Sequence record: PQ429079.1
Length of the DNA: 45,476 nt
DNA from: Escherichia phage vB_VIPECOTPH05A
Direction: 5' to 3' (one strand)
Part shown: in pieces, positions 1-7,880 of the stretch
Position numbering within the stretch: the first letter of the stretch is position 1
Layout: every line of letters begins with the position of its first letter
Notes under the pieces: model-generated
Seen by the model: only the letters and a program-made list of their open reading frames with translations
What the model was told of the DNA's origin: nothing
The model's database searches: none
Program-made: the position numbers and the translations under genes

Positions 1-585
1 TCATTCCTCTACCTCACCCATGTTCGTTGTTACAATTTTACCTACAGGCTCCGCAACACTGAAAATAATCTCAGTCGGTGCCGTTTCTTCGGCGGATTCA
101 ACTGGTTTCTCTTTGCCAAGGCCAAGTTTCGCAGCGGCAAACGTAGCAGAGATACCTGCGGCCCCTGTCTCAGTGAAGTATGCCTCTTCCAATGCCTGTG
201 CTGTCTCATAGGCTTCGGCAAATGCGGGAATCTCACGCAGCCACAGCTTAATAATCGGGATAGTGACGCCGATGTGTAGGGCGAAGCGGGCCAGTGACGG
301 TGGCTTATCCTGAATCAGCGGGCGTTCGTCACCCTTAGACGTGGGCGCAAGTTCCCATGACGTGCGGTCGAAGAACTCGATTAACGCGTCGCAATAGTCC
401 GGGTCCCACAACGCGGCGGAATTACGGGACGATTGATAAAGGCTCTGTTTACCGCGCGGTCGTTTACGGCGACGGTTTGCGCTAACAGCTTCTTCATGTG
501 CAGCTTGCACCACCTCTGGCGATGGCTGCTTGAGTTTCAGCTTCATAGAATCCCCTTGCGTATGCGTCTGACCATCAGAGCGCAT
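1..585 (-). CDS. terS: terminase small subunit (putative)
   Basis: 194-aa ORF whose TGA stop sits at positions 1-3 and overlaps (ATGA) the start of the large-terminase ORF running off the other window edge; HTH-like segment PSLARFALHIGVTIPIIKLW; likely true start at internal Met (546..544) preceded by AAGGGGA RBS. Confidence 0.6.
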   Translation of the reverse strand: MRSDGQTHTQGDSMKLKLKQPSPEVVQAAHEEAVSANRRRKRPRGKQSLYQSSRNSAALWDPDYCDALIEFFDRTSWELAPTSKGDERPLIQDKPPSLARFALHIGVTIPIIKLWLREIPAFAEAYETAQALEEAYFTETGAAGISATFAAAKLGLGKEKPVESAEETAPTEIIFSVAEPVGKIVTTNMGEVEE

Positions 586-611
586 CAGACGCGCCCTACG
601 CGTCTAAAGGG

Positions 612-641
612 ATTATATAGGGGGATTGGGTGGGATGTACA
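612..641 (-). promoter_or_regulatory. sigma70-like promoter (TGTACA-N18-TATAAT) upstream of terS
   Basis: perfect TATAAT -10 on minus strand (612-617) with weak -35 (636-641), just downstream of a hairpin. Confidence 0.3.
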
Positions 642-644
642 GAA

Positions 645-664
645 AAGCCCTCCGTAGAGGGCTT
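645..664 (-). terminator. putative hairpin terminator
   Basis: stem AAGCCCTC/GAGGGCTT with 4-nt loop; flanking U-tract is weak. Confidence 0.3.
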
Positions 665-756
665 GTATCAGTTATACAGGCCGTGTCGTGGTGCTCTTTT
701 ACCATCGCCGCCGTAATGGTTGTTAGCTACAGCGATAGCCCAGACGTTAGGGATGA

Positions 757-999
757 TTAGTAGCCGCATTCGTTCTCCTCTTTAGCAATACGTTGCTCGG
801 TTTTAGTGATACCGCGGCGCGTGAATAACACCGGGCTTGTCTTAACGTGTGTCATTAGACGATTGTTATAAATTACATGGCGCTCACATTTCACGTCTTT
901 GCTGTACTTAGCAATCGTCATTTCGTTGAGGCCAGTTTGTCGGCATGTCTCCGCCATCGTGCCGAATTCTTTAATCAGGTTAGGAATGCTGGTAATCAT
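757..999 (-). CDS. small HTH DNA-binding protein
   Basis: ORF 757..1023; probable start MITSIPN at 999 (ATGA overlap with an upstream micro-ORF); HTH-like TMAETCRQTGLNEMTIAKYSKDV. Confidence 0.45.
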   Translation of the reverse strand: MITSIPNLIKEFGTMAETCRQTGLNEMTIAKYSKDVKCERHVIYNNRLMTHVKTSPVLFTRRGITKTEQRIAKEENECGY

Positions 1000-1168
1000 C
1001 CTAAGAAATTCCTCGTTGACCACATCGCATTCGGATATTTGTTATCCCGGTCCTGCACTACGGCAATCATGTTACCGCGTTGCACGAGGCAAAAGTGCCG
1101 CTGTTGCTCGCCGTTATAGCGCCGCCATATTGCTTCTTCGATTGCTGCGTTGATGTCACTGAACATAA

Positions 1169-1435
1169 TCACCCCACTACCTCATCGCCAAGCCACGCCG
1201 TTTCTCGTATATCACCGACCACACACGCGGCGTGCTCACGGCTAATTGCAAAAATGTAGAAGCTAAACTTCTTCCCGTCGGCGTCGATGTGGTTAACCGA
1301 GTAGGGTTTCCACAGGACGCCATCAATTACTACTGGCTTAGGCGACTCCATACGCTTCACCACATTTAATGCACGTGGCTCGATGTAACCCGCCAACCAC
1401 ATGTAAGTAGTAGTCATGCGCACAAGGCTTTTCAC
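1169..1435 (-). CDS. hypothetical protein
   Basis: 88-aa ORF with globular-looking sequence (VVIDGVLWKPYSVNHIDADGKKFSFYIFAISREHAACVVGD); overlaps 3' end of ORF 1338..1817 in another frame. Confidence 0.45.
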   Translation of the reverse strand: MKSLVRMTTTYMWLAGYIEPRALNVVKRMESPKPVVIDGVLWKPYSVNHIDADGKKFSFYIFAISREHAACVVGDIRETAWLGDEVVG

Positions 1436-1817
1436 CCTCTTTCAACTTATCAAGCAACAACTTAAATGCCTCCAGTTGAAACTCACCGTTAATCGACAGT
1501 TGCCCGCTTAACGTCTGTTTCTCCGGCTCAAGCACCAGAATACGGCGCTCGAGTGACGCGATTGTGATTTTAGGCATTATTCGGCCCCCCCCCTCATAAA
1601 AATCTCCATTTCGGTAATCCCCATCGAAATCGTCAGAAATAGCGCACCCCTTGTTCAGGTTGAAGCGGTTAATCAGTTCACGGCGAGTCTCGTAAAGCGA
1701 CTCTACCATTTGCTCCGCTACTGCGATTTTAGTATTCAGGACGTGCATCACGTGGCTTACGTCTACGCCGCCGTTAACGGCCTCTACCATCATCTTTTCG
1801 TATTCACGGTCAGTCAT
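1338..1817 (-). CDS. hypothetical protein (contains G9 homopolymer; may be two genes)
   Basis: 159-aa ORF; a 9-nt G run (plus-strand C9 at 1585-1593) lies in frame and also resembles an SD for an internal start MPKITIAS. Confidence 0.35.
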   Translation of the reverse strand: MTDREYEKMMVEAVNGGVDVSHVMHVLNTKIAVAEQMVESLYETRRELINRFNLNKGCAISDDFDGDYRNGDFYEGGGRIMPKITIASLERRILVLEPEKQTLSGQLSINGEFQLEAFKLLLDKLKEGEKPCAHDYYLHVVGGLHRATCIKCGEAYGVA

Positions 1818-2114
1818 TCTTTACGCTCTCCCCACATGCGATTGAGATACTTGTTCTTGTCCGGCCCCGGGAAACTGTTACGTTTCATCAGCTCCTCGCG
1901 TGTCGGGAACGGGGTGTGACTGACTTTACGGCCTACTCGTAACGGTTGGCTTACTTGACCTTGTTCGCTCATTTCTTCTCTCCTGCATACGCAGATTTCA
2001 GTGCCTTCATCGCTGCGGCCCAGAACGAATCCGCGGGAATGCTTCCACCCAGGTTACTAACGGCGATGCGTGCCATCAGTTGCGCGTCTTCGAATGCTTC
2101 GATATCTGTGATTT

Positions 2115-2303
2115 TCATTTTACATCCCCATAAAACGCCAGAACCTGCTCAACAATAGTCATAAAATCATCCAGGCTCATATTAACATTAGCTGATTCGT
2201 CGCTATCACCGTCGGTACAAGTTATAAGTAATGACCCGTCCCTGCACTTATCTATCTCCAGGAAATCGCCCCAATTATCGGTATGCTTAATCTTAGTCAC
2301 CAT
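2115..2303 (-). CDS. hypothetical protein
   Basis: 62-aa ORF; ATG at 2303 preceded by conserved leader AACGAGAGGAGAGACAGAGA and a TTGACT-N17-TATATT promoter. Confidence 0.5.
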   Translation of the reverse strand: MVTKIKHTDNWGDFLEIDKCRDGSLLITCTDGDSDESANVNMSLDDFMTIVEQVLAFYGDVK

Positions 2304-2335
2304 TCTCTGTCTCTCCTCTCGTTGTCGATGGAGTA

Positions 2336-2364
2336 AATATAATAGGTGTCAGAGTAATAGTCAA
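2336..2364 (-). promoter_or_regulatory. sigma70-like promoter (TTGACT-N17-TATATT)
   Basis: -35 at 2359-2364 and -10 at 2336-2341 on minus strand, upstream of ORF 2115..2303. Confidence 0.45.
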
Positions 2365-2382
2365 CTAGTCATTACAGAAAAT

Positions 2383-2418
2383 AGATAAAAAAAATCCCGG
2401 CTGGGTCAGGGCCGGGAG
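2383..2418 (-). terminator. rho-independent terminator
   Basis: GC stem TCCCGGC...GCCGGGA followed on minus strand by a U8 run (plus A8 at 2386-2393). Confidence 0.6.
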
Positions 2419-2488
2419 AAACAGAGAGCAGAGGGATGATACAGGAGGTTGGAGAAACCAGTATGCCTTTAGCGCCTGGTGCCGTCAA

Positions 2489-2526
2489 TGGGCAAAATAA
2501 AACCCGGATTCGCGGTCCGGGTTTCA
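2489..2526 (-). terminator. rho-independent terminator
   Basis: stem AAACCCGGA/TCCGGGTTT followed on minus strand by UUAUUUUG; lies downstream of the lysis cassette. Confidence 0.55.
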
Positions 2527-2562
2527 GGGTGGTGCAAGCACAAACAGCGTAGGGTAATTATA

Positions 2563-2655
2563 TCAACGGCCTTTCAACCCGTCAAAGCATCCCCAGAAGG
2601 CCCCAACCACCGCGCCAGCACCGATAGCCAATAAGATGAAATCAATCTCTGTCAT
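2563..2655 (-). CDS. 30-aa hydrophobic peptide (possible lysis accessory)
   Basis: MTEIDFILLAIGAGAVVGAFWGCFDGLKGR; start overlaps endolysin stop (ATGA); below ORF-track size cutoff. Confidence 0.3.
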   Translation of the reverse strand: MTEIDFILLAIGAGAVVGAFWGCFDGLKGR

Positions 2656-3137
2656 TTAACAGCCCTCCCGATAGCAACCGCCTCTTGCCACGGTTTACCG
2701 TCGAACAGTGCCAGACGCCCGGCGGTACGTCGGCGCAGTCCAAGTAACGGTTTACCATTCTGGTTGATGAACAGTGCCAGCTTAGCCCGTAGCGTCTGCG
2801 CATCACCAGCGCGCAGCGCCTTACCCGTTCCGGTAGTAGCTGCGATTACGCCAGCGCCCGCGTTAAACACCAGGTCGCACACCGCATCGAACTGACCCTG
2901 CGTCAGCGAGTGATGCGCTGCGGCGTCAACGGCAGATACGGCCTTAGCCATGTCACGATTGAGTAACAGGAGGCCCTGACCTGGCGTGATGGTCTGCCCT
3001 GGCTTAACATCAGCACCGTAATGCCCGTAGCCTATAGTCAGGTACTTCTCGTCCGGCGTAGCGCGATACGCAGTTCCGCGGAAGCCCTCGAACGCAGCGC
3101 AGAAATGCAGTCCATTATCTGAAATATTTCGAGACAC
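2652..3137 (-). CDS. endolysin, GH24 (T4/lambda-type) lysozyme
   Basis: catalytic pattern E..D..T in FEGFRGTAYRATPDEKYLTIGYGHY; likely GTG start at 3137 with GGAGG RBS 8 nt upstream; ORF track gives 2652..3188. Confidence 0.8.
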   Translation of the reverse strand: MSRNISDNGLHFCAAFEGFRGTAYRATPDEKYLTIGYGHYGADVKPGQTITPGQGLLLLNRDMAKAVSAVDAAAHHSLTQGQFDAVCDLVFNAGAGVIAATTGTGKALRAGDAQTLRAKLALFINQNGKPLLGLRRRTAGRLALFDGKPWQEAVAIGRAVK

Positions 3138-3387
3138 GCTTATGTCCTCCGTACGACAGCCACGCCTGACGAATCTGGCGCAGCGCAACTAATGTGATTA
3201 ATGTCTCAGGCAACGCAGGCGACATGCTGCCCTGTAACAGGTGGATACATCCGGCGGCGCAAACGATAGCTGTCAGGATATAGAGCACCCGACCAAATAG
3301 CCCGTCGTCCACACTGGGGTGGTATACGTTAAACAGCGATGCGCCCTCAATTGCGAGCATACCGCCAAACCAGAATAATTCATTCAT
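3115..3387 (-). CDS. holin/antiholin-like membrane protein
   Basis: ORF 3115..3480; start MNELFWFGGMLAIEG at 3387 with GGAGGTGG RBS; two hydrophobic segments; overlaps both neighbours. Confidence 0.5.
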   Translation of the reverse strand: MNELFWFGGMLAIEGASLFNVYHPSVDDGLFGRVLYILTAIVCAAGCIHLLQGSMSPALPETLITLVALRQIRQAWLSYGGHKRVSKYFR

Positions 3388-3688
3388 TACCACCTCCGCG
3401 ACGTGCGATGTATTCTCCGGCGACAATGCCAGAGAGACGGGAATAAATCGGCATCCAGAGAATAGCAATGATGAACCCAAGGCCTGCTATTTCGCGTTCA
3501 CCTGCGATACCGAACCATTGAGCGGCAAGAGGTGCACCGAATACGGCGCACGCAAATCCAGTGGCGAGAAAACAGAGAGCATCGACAGGACCAGTAATAG
3601 TGGCTTTGTGTTGTCGTAAGCCTATTACCCCGCCAGCTAGTGAGGCAGCCAGAAGCCAGCCCGTCACTGTTTCAGTAAATTTATCCAA
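3380..3688 (-). CDS. holin-like membrane protein
   Basis: 102 aa with three hydrophobic helices (WLLAASLAGGVIGL, FLATGFACAVFGAPLAA, GLGFIIAILWMPIY); immediately upstream of endolysin. Confidence 0.55.
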   Translation of the reverse strand: MDKFTETVTGWLLAASLAGGVIGLRQHKATITGPVDALCFLATGFACAVFGAPLAAQWFGIAGEREIAGLGFIIAILWMPIYSRLSGIVAGEYIARRGGGNE

Positions 3689-3747
3689 GATGAATCCTCC
3701 AGGTGCGTATTAAGTATGCAGTAACTGGAGGATACCACGGGTAGGAA

Positions 3748-4188
3748 TTATCCTAATAGTTGTTTGGTAATAATCTTGCCGCCGGTGTTAGTGTCGAACT
3801 TCGAGGCAACTGCTACCCCACCATGCGCCGAATACCCACATTCCATCGCCGCCAGTGCATAAGGAGAACCGGAACCTACGGCGGCAAAGCTATCAGCAAT
3901 CGGAATAACCGAACTTAGCGCACAATCCCATGATTTATAGAACGCGACTTTATACACCTGTTCGGTGTCTTTCACGAACACCAGGGCTTCGAAATTGAAG
4001 TCGTAAGGCTGTGGTCGAAGAATACCCGGGCAATCGATAAGCATAGTGCCTGCCCCCGCATCACCAGCCACCCCGATAACAGCAAAATCATTCTCGTATA
4101 TCTTTGTGTCTGTGTTGTAGCAGTTACTCCCGCACACAACACGGGTGTCACAGGCCATTGTCTTTCCGTCAAACGCGATAGTAGTCAT
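3748..4188 (-). CDS. Ntn-hydrolase, proteasome beta/HslV-like peptidase
   Basis: N-terminus MTTIAFDG (Thr directly after Met, as in HslV TTIV) and AVGSGSPYALAAMECG resembling HslV GSGGxYALAAA. Confidence 0.5.
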   Translation of the reverse strand: MTTIAFDGKTMACDTRVVCGSNCYNTDTKIYENDFAVIGVAGDAGAGTMLIDCPGILRPQPYDFNFEALVFVKDTEQVYKVAFYKSWDCALSSVIPIADSFAAVGSGSPYALAAMECGYSAHGGVAVASKFDTNTGGKIITKQLLG

Positions 4189-4478
4189 TTGTGTCTCCAG
4201 ATGTATTGTCGTCTCTGCGGTTTTGTCGGAATATCATCGTACCCCAGCGATTTCCAGTAATTAAATAACCGATTAGCGATTGCTGCGCGTTCCTTTGTTT
4301 TAAACTCACCGAGGTTCACGGCCTTCCCATTCTGGAATCCACAGGCGCGGACAGCTTTGCGTCTGGCCTGAATCTCAGGGAACAGCGCATTACGGCGGCG
4401 CTTGTATATCTGTGTTTTAGCTCTCGGCGACAGCGGCGCAAGGCCGCTTCGTTTCAGGATGTCAGTTGCAAGGCTCAT
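4185..4478 (-). CDS. AP2-domain DNA-binding protein
   Basis: ORF 4185..4523; likely start MSLATD at 4478; GFQNGKAVNLGEFKTKERAAIANRLF resembles the AP2 domain found in homing endonucleases; no HNH motif. Confidence 0.4.
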   Translation of the reverse strand: MSLATDILKRSGLAPLSPRAKTQIYKRRRNALFPEIQARRKAVRACGFQNGKAVNLGEFKTKERAAIANRLFNYWKSLGYDDIPTKPQRRQYIWRHK

Positions 4479-4669
4479 ATTCCGAGAATCTCGCGGGCCA
4501 TTTCTTCTGTAACTTTCGAACAAGGTTCGTATATTACCTGTTCAGCGAATTCACGTAACTTTGCTTCCAGTTTAAGATAAGCGTCGTATTCTACATAATC
4601 GCCGTATGCGTACTCAGCCATCTCAGGCTCTGGCAGGCCCCATTTTTCCACCTCATACCTCTGTACCAT
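4475..4669 (-). CDS. hypothetical protein (MVQRY paralog A)
   Basis: ORF 4475..4714; likely start MVQRYEVEKWG at 4669; tandem paralog of the adjacent gene. Confidence 0.45.
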   Translation of the reverse strand: MVQRYEVEKWGLPEPEMAEYAYGDYVEYDAYLKLEAKLREFAEQVIYEPCSKVTEEMAREILGI

Positions 4670-4872
4670 CACTCCACCCCTTCCAAATGTGTAACTGACC
4701 CACAGTTCGCGCACTCTACGTAATCAGGGAACTGGTCTTTGTATTTCTGTAACTCGGCTTCAACTTCCAACAGCTTGTGGTCAAGATTCTGGTAGTCCTC
4801 AAACTTAACCCACGCCCCGTGACGGTCCCCGAAATGGTTGTCAGACCCATACTTAGAGTATCTCTGTACCAT
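4669..4872 (-). CDS. hypothetical protein (MVQRY paralog B)
   Basis: ORF 4669..4878; ATG at 4872 with AGGAG RBS; starts MVQRYSKYG. Confidence 0.45.
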   Translation of the reverse strand: MVQRYSKYGSDNHFGDRHGAWVKFEDYQNLDHKLLEVEAELQKYKDQFPDYVECANCGSVTHLEGVE

Positions 4873-4874
4873 AA

Positions 4875-5078
4875 TCACTTCTCCTGTTTACCAAGTCGCT
4901 TAGGTGAGCAGATAGCGCGTACCTCTGAGTCGTTGGGCTTGTCACCCTGAAACAGAAAGTGCGCGTTCTCTGCGGCGCGTGCCGCTGACTGGCACGCCTC
5001 CATCGAATAAAACGTTTCTGATGCCGCTAGCTGCATCTGGCCTGCGGACAATACCCAGATAAATAATATGCTGGTCAT
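4875..5078 (-). CDS. small protein with N-terminal signal-peptide-like segment
   Basis: ORF 4875..5093; likely start MTSILFIWVLSAGQMQLAAS at 5078 (GGGGTGA RBS). Confidence 0.4.
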   Translation of the reverse strand: MTSILFIWVLSAGQMQLAASETFYSMEACQSAARAAENAHFLFQGDKPNDSEVRAICSPKRLGKQEK

Positions 5079-5149
5079 TTGATCACCCCGCATTTAGAGC
5101 ACTGCTGTAAGTCGCTACACCACAGAACCAAACGATAGTCATGTTCACA

Positions 5150-5599
5150 TTACTGTGTGTCAATCTTGTATTCCACTATGTCTGCGTATGTTCCATCCCA
5201 AATCCACGACCGCTTTTCTGCTGCTACACTGTGTTTCGGCTCCTCCCCGTTGCGATACCGGATAAATACCATAGTCCCATCCGGAACAGGTTGTCGTGCA
5301 CCATAATGCGGCCTCCAGGCGTTGTACTGAGTATCTTCCTTACGGCAACCAGATTGCTCCGTGGCATCGATGTATTCTCCAATGTCACCGGTAGACTTAG
5401 CTATCTCTTTACGCAAACGAACGACGGTGCTATTGGCGATATCAAGTTCTTTCTGTAACTCAGCCACCAGCGCCGACGCATCACGTAACTGATTCTTGAG
5501 TGACAACACCTCGTGCGCCAGGTCTTCGCACCGGTTGCTAGTTACCTGCTGCCGTAGCTGGTCAATCAGGTACTCGAATACTTCGTTTTTGTTACTCAT
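5150..5599 (-). CDS. hypothetical protein (coiled-coil N-terminus)
   Basis: ORF 5150..5689; likely start MSNKNEVFEYLIDQLRQQ at 5599. Confidence 0.45.
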   Translation of the reverse strand: MSNKNEVFEYLIDQLRQQVTSNRCEDLAHEVLSLKNQLRDASALVAELQKELDIANSTVVRLRKEIAKSTGDIGEYIDATEQSGCRKEDTQYNAWRPHYGARQPVPDGTMVFIRYRNGEEPKHSVAAEKRSWIWDGTYADIVEYKIDTQ

Positions 5600-5810
5600 C
5601 TTCTGGCTCCTCCCCGTTATATTCTTCAAACACAAAGTCATCGTCTGCGGATAGCGCCCATCGACCATACCCCATGTAGTAGACATCAAGTTCAGTGCCG
5701 TTGTCGTCTATTACGTAGCAGCGGCTCTCGTCGCCGTCTTCTTTGAGGTGGTATAAGTCGTTTTTGGTCAGTGCCCAATAGTCATCATAGGATTTGCATT
5801 CCAGGAACAT
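5592..5810 (-). CDS. hypothetical acidic protein
   Basis: ORF 5592..5837; likely start MFLECKSYDDYW at 5810 preceded by conserved leader AACGAGAGGAGAGACAGAAG. Confidence 0.45.
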   Translation of the reverse strand: MFLECKSYDDYWALTKNDLYHLKEDGDESRCYVIDDNGTELDVYYMGYGRWALSADDDFVFEEYNGEEPEDE

Positions 5811-5829
5811 CTTCTGTCTCTCCTCTCGT

Positions 5830-6102
5830 TTACTCAACAGCGCCGGTTATCGCTATAAGCCCGGTATTACCACGGCGGCGATACTTACGAATCACAGTTT
5901 TAAGTTCTTCATTACTACTCTGATGCCCAAAAGTGATCGGCAACTCTTCGCCGCCGGACATCCCGAACTCAGTGTCTGTCGGTTTGTTCCTCCATCCCTG
6001 GATAAAACCTAAACGGTCGCGAGTTATATACCGGTAGTTGTTGGGGAGGGGCAGCTCCAGCCCCTCAAAATCAACGGTAACGGTGTAACTGTTAAAATTC
6101 AT
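5830..6102 (-). CDS. hypothetical protein
   Basis: ORF 5830..6108; likely ATG start MNFNSYTVTVDFEG at 6102. Confidence 0.45.
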   Translation of the reverse strand: MNFNSYTVTVDFEGLELPLPNNYRYITRDRLGFIQGWRNKPTDTEFGMSGGEELPITFGHQSSNEELKTVIRKYRRRGNTGLIAITGAVE

Positions 6103-6271
6103 AGTCAATTACCCCGAACTCGTTGATGATTTGCGCCTTGTAGAAGTTGCCGTTTGATGCCAGGTGATACGCCTGCGCCATAGTCATCTCGCGATAAGTT
6201 GCTGCGCTGTTTTCGAATTCCATAACCATCAAAGTAACCATCTTCTGTCTCTCCTCTCGTTTGTGTAAATG

Positions 6272-6300
6272 AATAGTAGCCTATTCTATCTTAGTGTGCA
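6272..6300 (-). promoter_or_regulatory. sigma70-like promoter (TTGCAC-N17-TACTAT)
   Basis: -35 at 6295-6300 and -10 at 6272-6277 on minus strand, followed by conserved leader AACGAGAGGAGAGACAGAAG-ATG. Confidence 0.5.
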
Positions 6301-6530
6301 AGTAAATTTTATTGGTGTTTTAACGATAATTGTTCACCGCGAATACAGTAGTACCTCGGGCGTCTCGCCCACTGACGCCATCGCATAACACGGTACTTGT
6401 TGCCGTCTGACGCAACAATAAGCCTGAATCGCTTTTCTCCGTTTCTACCAGTCCAGGTTACGATGTCATTCAGTTTCATTGTTGCATCTCCTGCAATAGT
6501 CGCTTCGATTGTTGCGTTTGGTGAAATAGA

Positions 6531-6570
6531 ACAAAAATGAGAAAAATGATACGCTGCTGTGTAGCAGCGT
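6531..6570 (-). terminator. rho-independent terminator
   Basis: stem ACGCTGCT/AGCAGCGT followed on minus strand by AUCAUUUUUCUCAUUUUU. Confidence 0.5.
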
Positions 6571-6612
6571 AAGTCACTCAGTAAAATCCCAAACTATTGT
6601 TACAATATAACA

Positions 6613-6813
6613 TCACACTTCTGACGGCTCTGGTAACGGCATCCAGTGTGTCACGTACTTATCATAGTGATTCCAGAACGGCTTTCTCCCGTCATCAGGA
6701 ACGATGTAATAGTCGTGCTGAACTGCGTTATTCAACGTTTCATACACCAGAAACTCTTTATCAGTACTTCCGTTACCTGGTAGCATCTCACTACACTTAA
6801 TCCACTCGCTCAT
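6613..6813 (-). CDS. DUF551-like phage protein
   Basis: 66 aa; C-terminal THWMPLPEPSEV matches the characteristic DUF551 ending. Confidence 0.5.
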   Translation of the reverse strand: MSEWIKCSEMLPGNGSTDKEFLVYETLNNAVQHDYYIVPDDGRKPFWNHYDKYVTHWMPLPEPSEV

Positions 6814-6967
6814 AAATCACCTCTCTTTTCGAATGCACCAGCCATTACATTCGCACCAGCTTTCCACGCCCGCCACGCGAGACGCGTCTTAACGTTCAGG
6901 TACTCTTTCTTTGGCCCCTTGTTAACCGGCAGACCCTCGACGATGGCCCACCGTTCGAATGCTTCTC

Positions 6968-7123
6968 TCATACCAGAACCTCGCATTCATCCCGATACAC
7001 GAACAATAACGACCCTTTGTACTCAATCATAAAACCATAATGGTTGCTGCTGAACGCCATAAAAACATCACCTACCGAGATACCGAAATCTACAAGCCCG
7101 CGGTCAGTTATACGGATTCTCAT
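6968..7123 (-). CDS. hypothetical protein (MRIRI paralog, 51 aa)
   Basis: not in ORF track (below cutoff); MRIRITDRGLVDFGISVGDVF... parallels the adjacent 66-aa protein. Confidence 0.4.
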   Translation of the reverse strand: MRIRITDRGLVDFGISVGDVFMAFSSNHYGFMIEYKGSLLFVYRDECEVLV

Positions 7124-7183
7124 ACCAACCCCCGCAACGCGTGCGCCACATAAACGGCGCTGATGATTAAAATGAACGGGTAA

Positions 7184-7384
7184 TTATTCATAGATAATCT
7201 CCGCCTCTCTGTTACGAATAAACAGTTCTTCACCATCCTTTTCTACAAGATACCCGTAGTCGTTGCGGTAAGTAATATCAAACTCATCGCCTATCGAAAC
7301 ACCAAAGTGGCGCAAAGAATGGTCACCATACCTCGGCGGCAGCACATAATCGACATCAATTATTCGAATTCTCATTAACGGCAA
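7184..7384 (-). CDS. hypothetical protein (MRIRI paralog)
   Basis: 66 aa; MRIRIIDVDYVLPPRYGDHSLRHFGVSIGDEF. Confidence 0.45.
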   Translation of the reverse strand: MPLMRIRIIDVDYVLPPRYGDHSLRHFGVSIGDEFDITYRNDYGYLVEKDGEELFIRNREAEIIYE

Positions 7385-7629
7385 CCTCCCTCAGAGTCGT
7401 CGGCACGAGCATCATGATTCGATGCCGTTCTGAATGTTACCGCTGGTGTGCCCAGGACATTCACGGTAAAGGCTTCACCATGTGATTGCTCTAAATCCCA
7501 CTCATCACCTTCCTCGTCTAAAACGTAGAGACGACCGTCGTAGTGTACTTTCAACGAATACTCGTTGCCTTTTATAAACCAACCGCCCATTTCTGCTTTA
7601 GACTCAATACAAATTAATTCTTCCATCAC
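7375..7629 (-). CDS. hypothetical protein
   Basis: 84-aa ORF in the early leftward operon, overlapping neighbours by a few nt. Confidence 0.4.
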   Translation of the reverse strand: MMEELICIESKAEMGGWFIKGNEYSLKVHYDGRLYVLDEEGDEWDLEQSHGEAFTVNVLGTPAVTFRTASNHDARADDSEGGCR

Positions 7630-7826
7630 TTCGCCCCTTTGAATTTAAAATTGTTGCCGATGAGCTTCATTTCATACTCTCGGTAATACGCCGTGGAACT
7701 TAACCCGTGCTCCCTGAGTAAGCTAACGACATAAGAACTTCGGTACACTGTCGATTTCTTTTCAATAATACCTAAGCTACCGTACATCGTTTTCACCAAC
7801 TGACCCTTCCTAAACATAACCCTCAC
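7626..7826 (-). CDS. hypothetical protein
   Basis: first ORF of leftward operon; GTG at 7826 or ATG at 7817; downstream of promoter at 7852-7880. Confidence 0.4.
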   Translation of the reverse strand: MRVMFRKGQLVKTMYGSLGIIEKKSTVYRSSYVVSLLREHGLSSTAYYREYEMKLIGNNFKFKGAK

Positions 7827-7851
7827 TCATCTGTCTCGTTTCGATAAGTGA

Positions 7852-7880
7852 ATAGTATCCTATTATGTTGGGGCGTGCAA
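7852..7880 (-). promoter_or_regulatory. sigma70-like promoter (TTGCAC-N17-TACTAT), leftward
   Basis: -35 at 7875-7880 and -10 at 7852-7857 on minus strand. Confidence 0.5.

Noticed and set aside
586-640. Extended N-terminus of terS from ATG 585
   Set aside because: No RBS precedes ATG 585 and the region is occupied by hairpins; the internal Met at 546 with AAGGGGA RBS is the more plausible start, though the maximal ORF is retained in the feature list.
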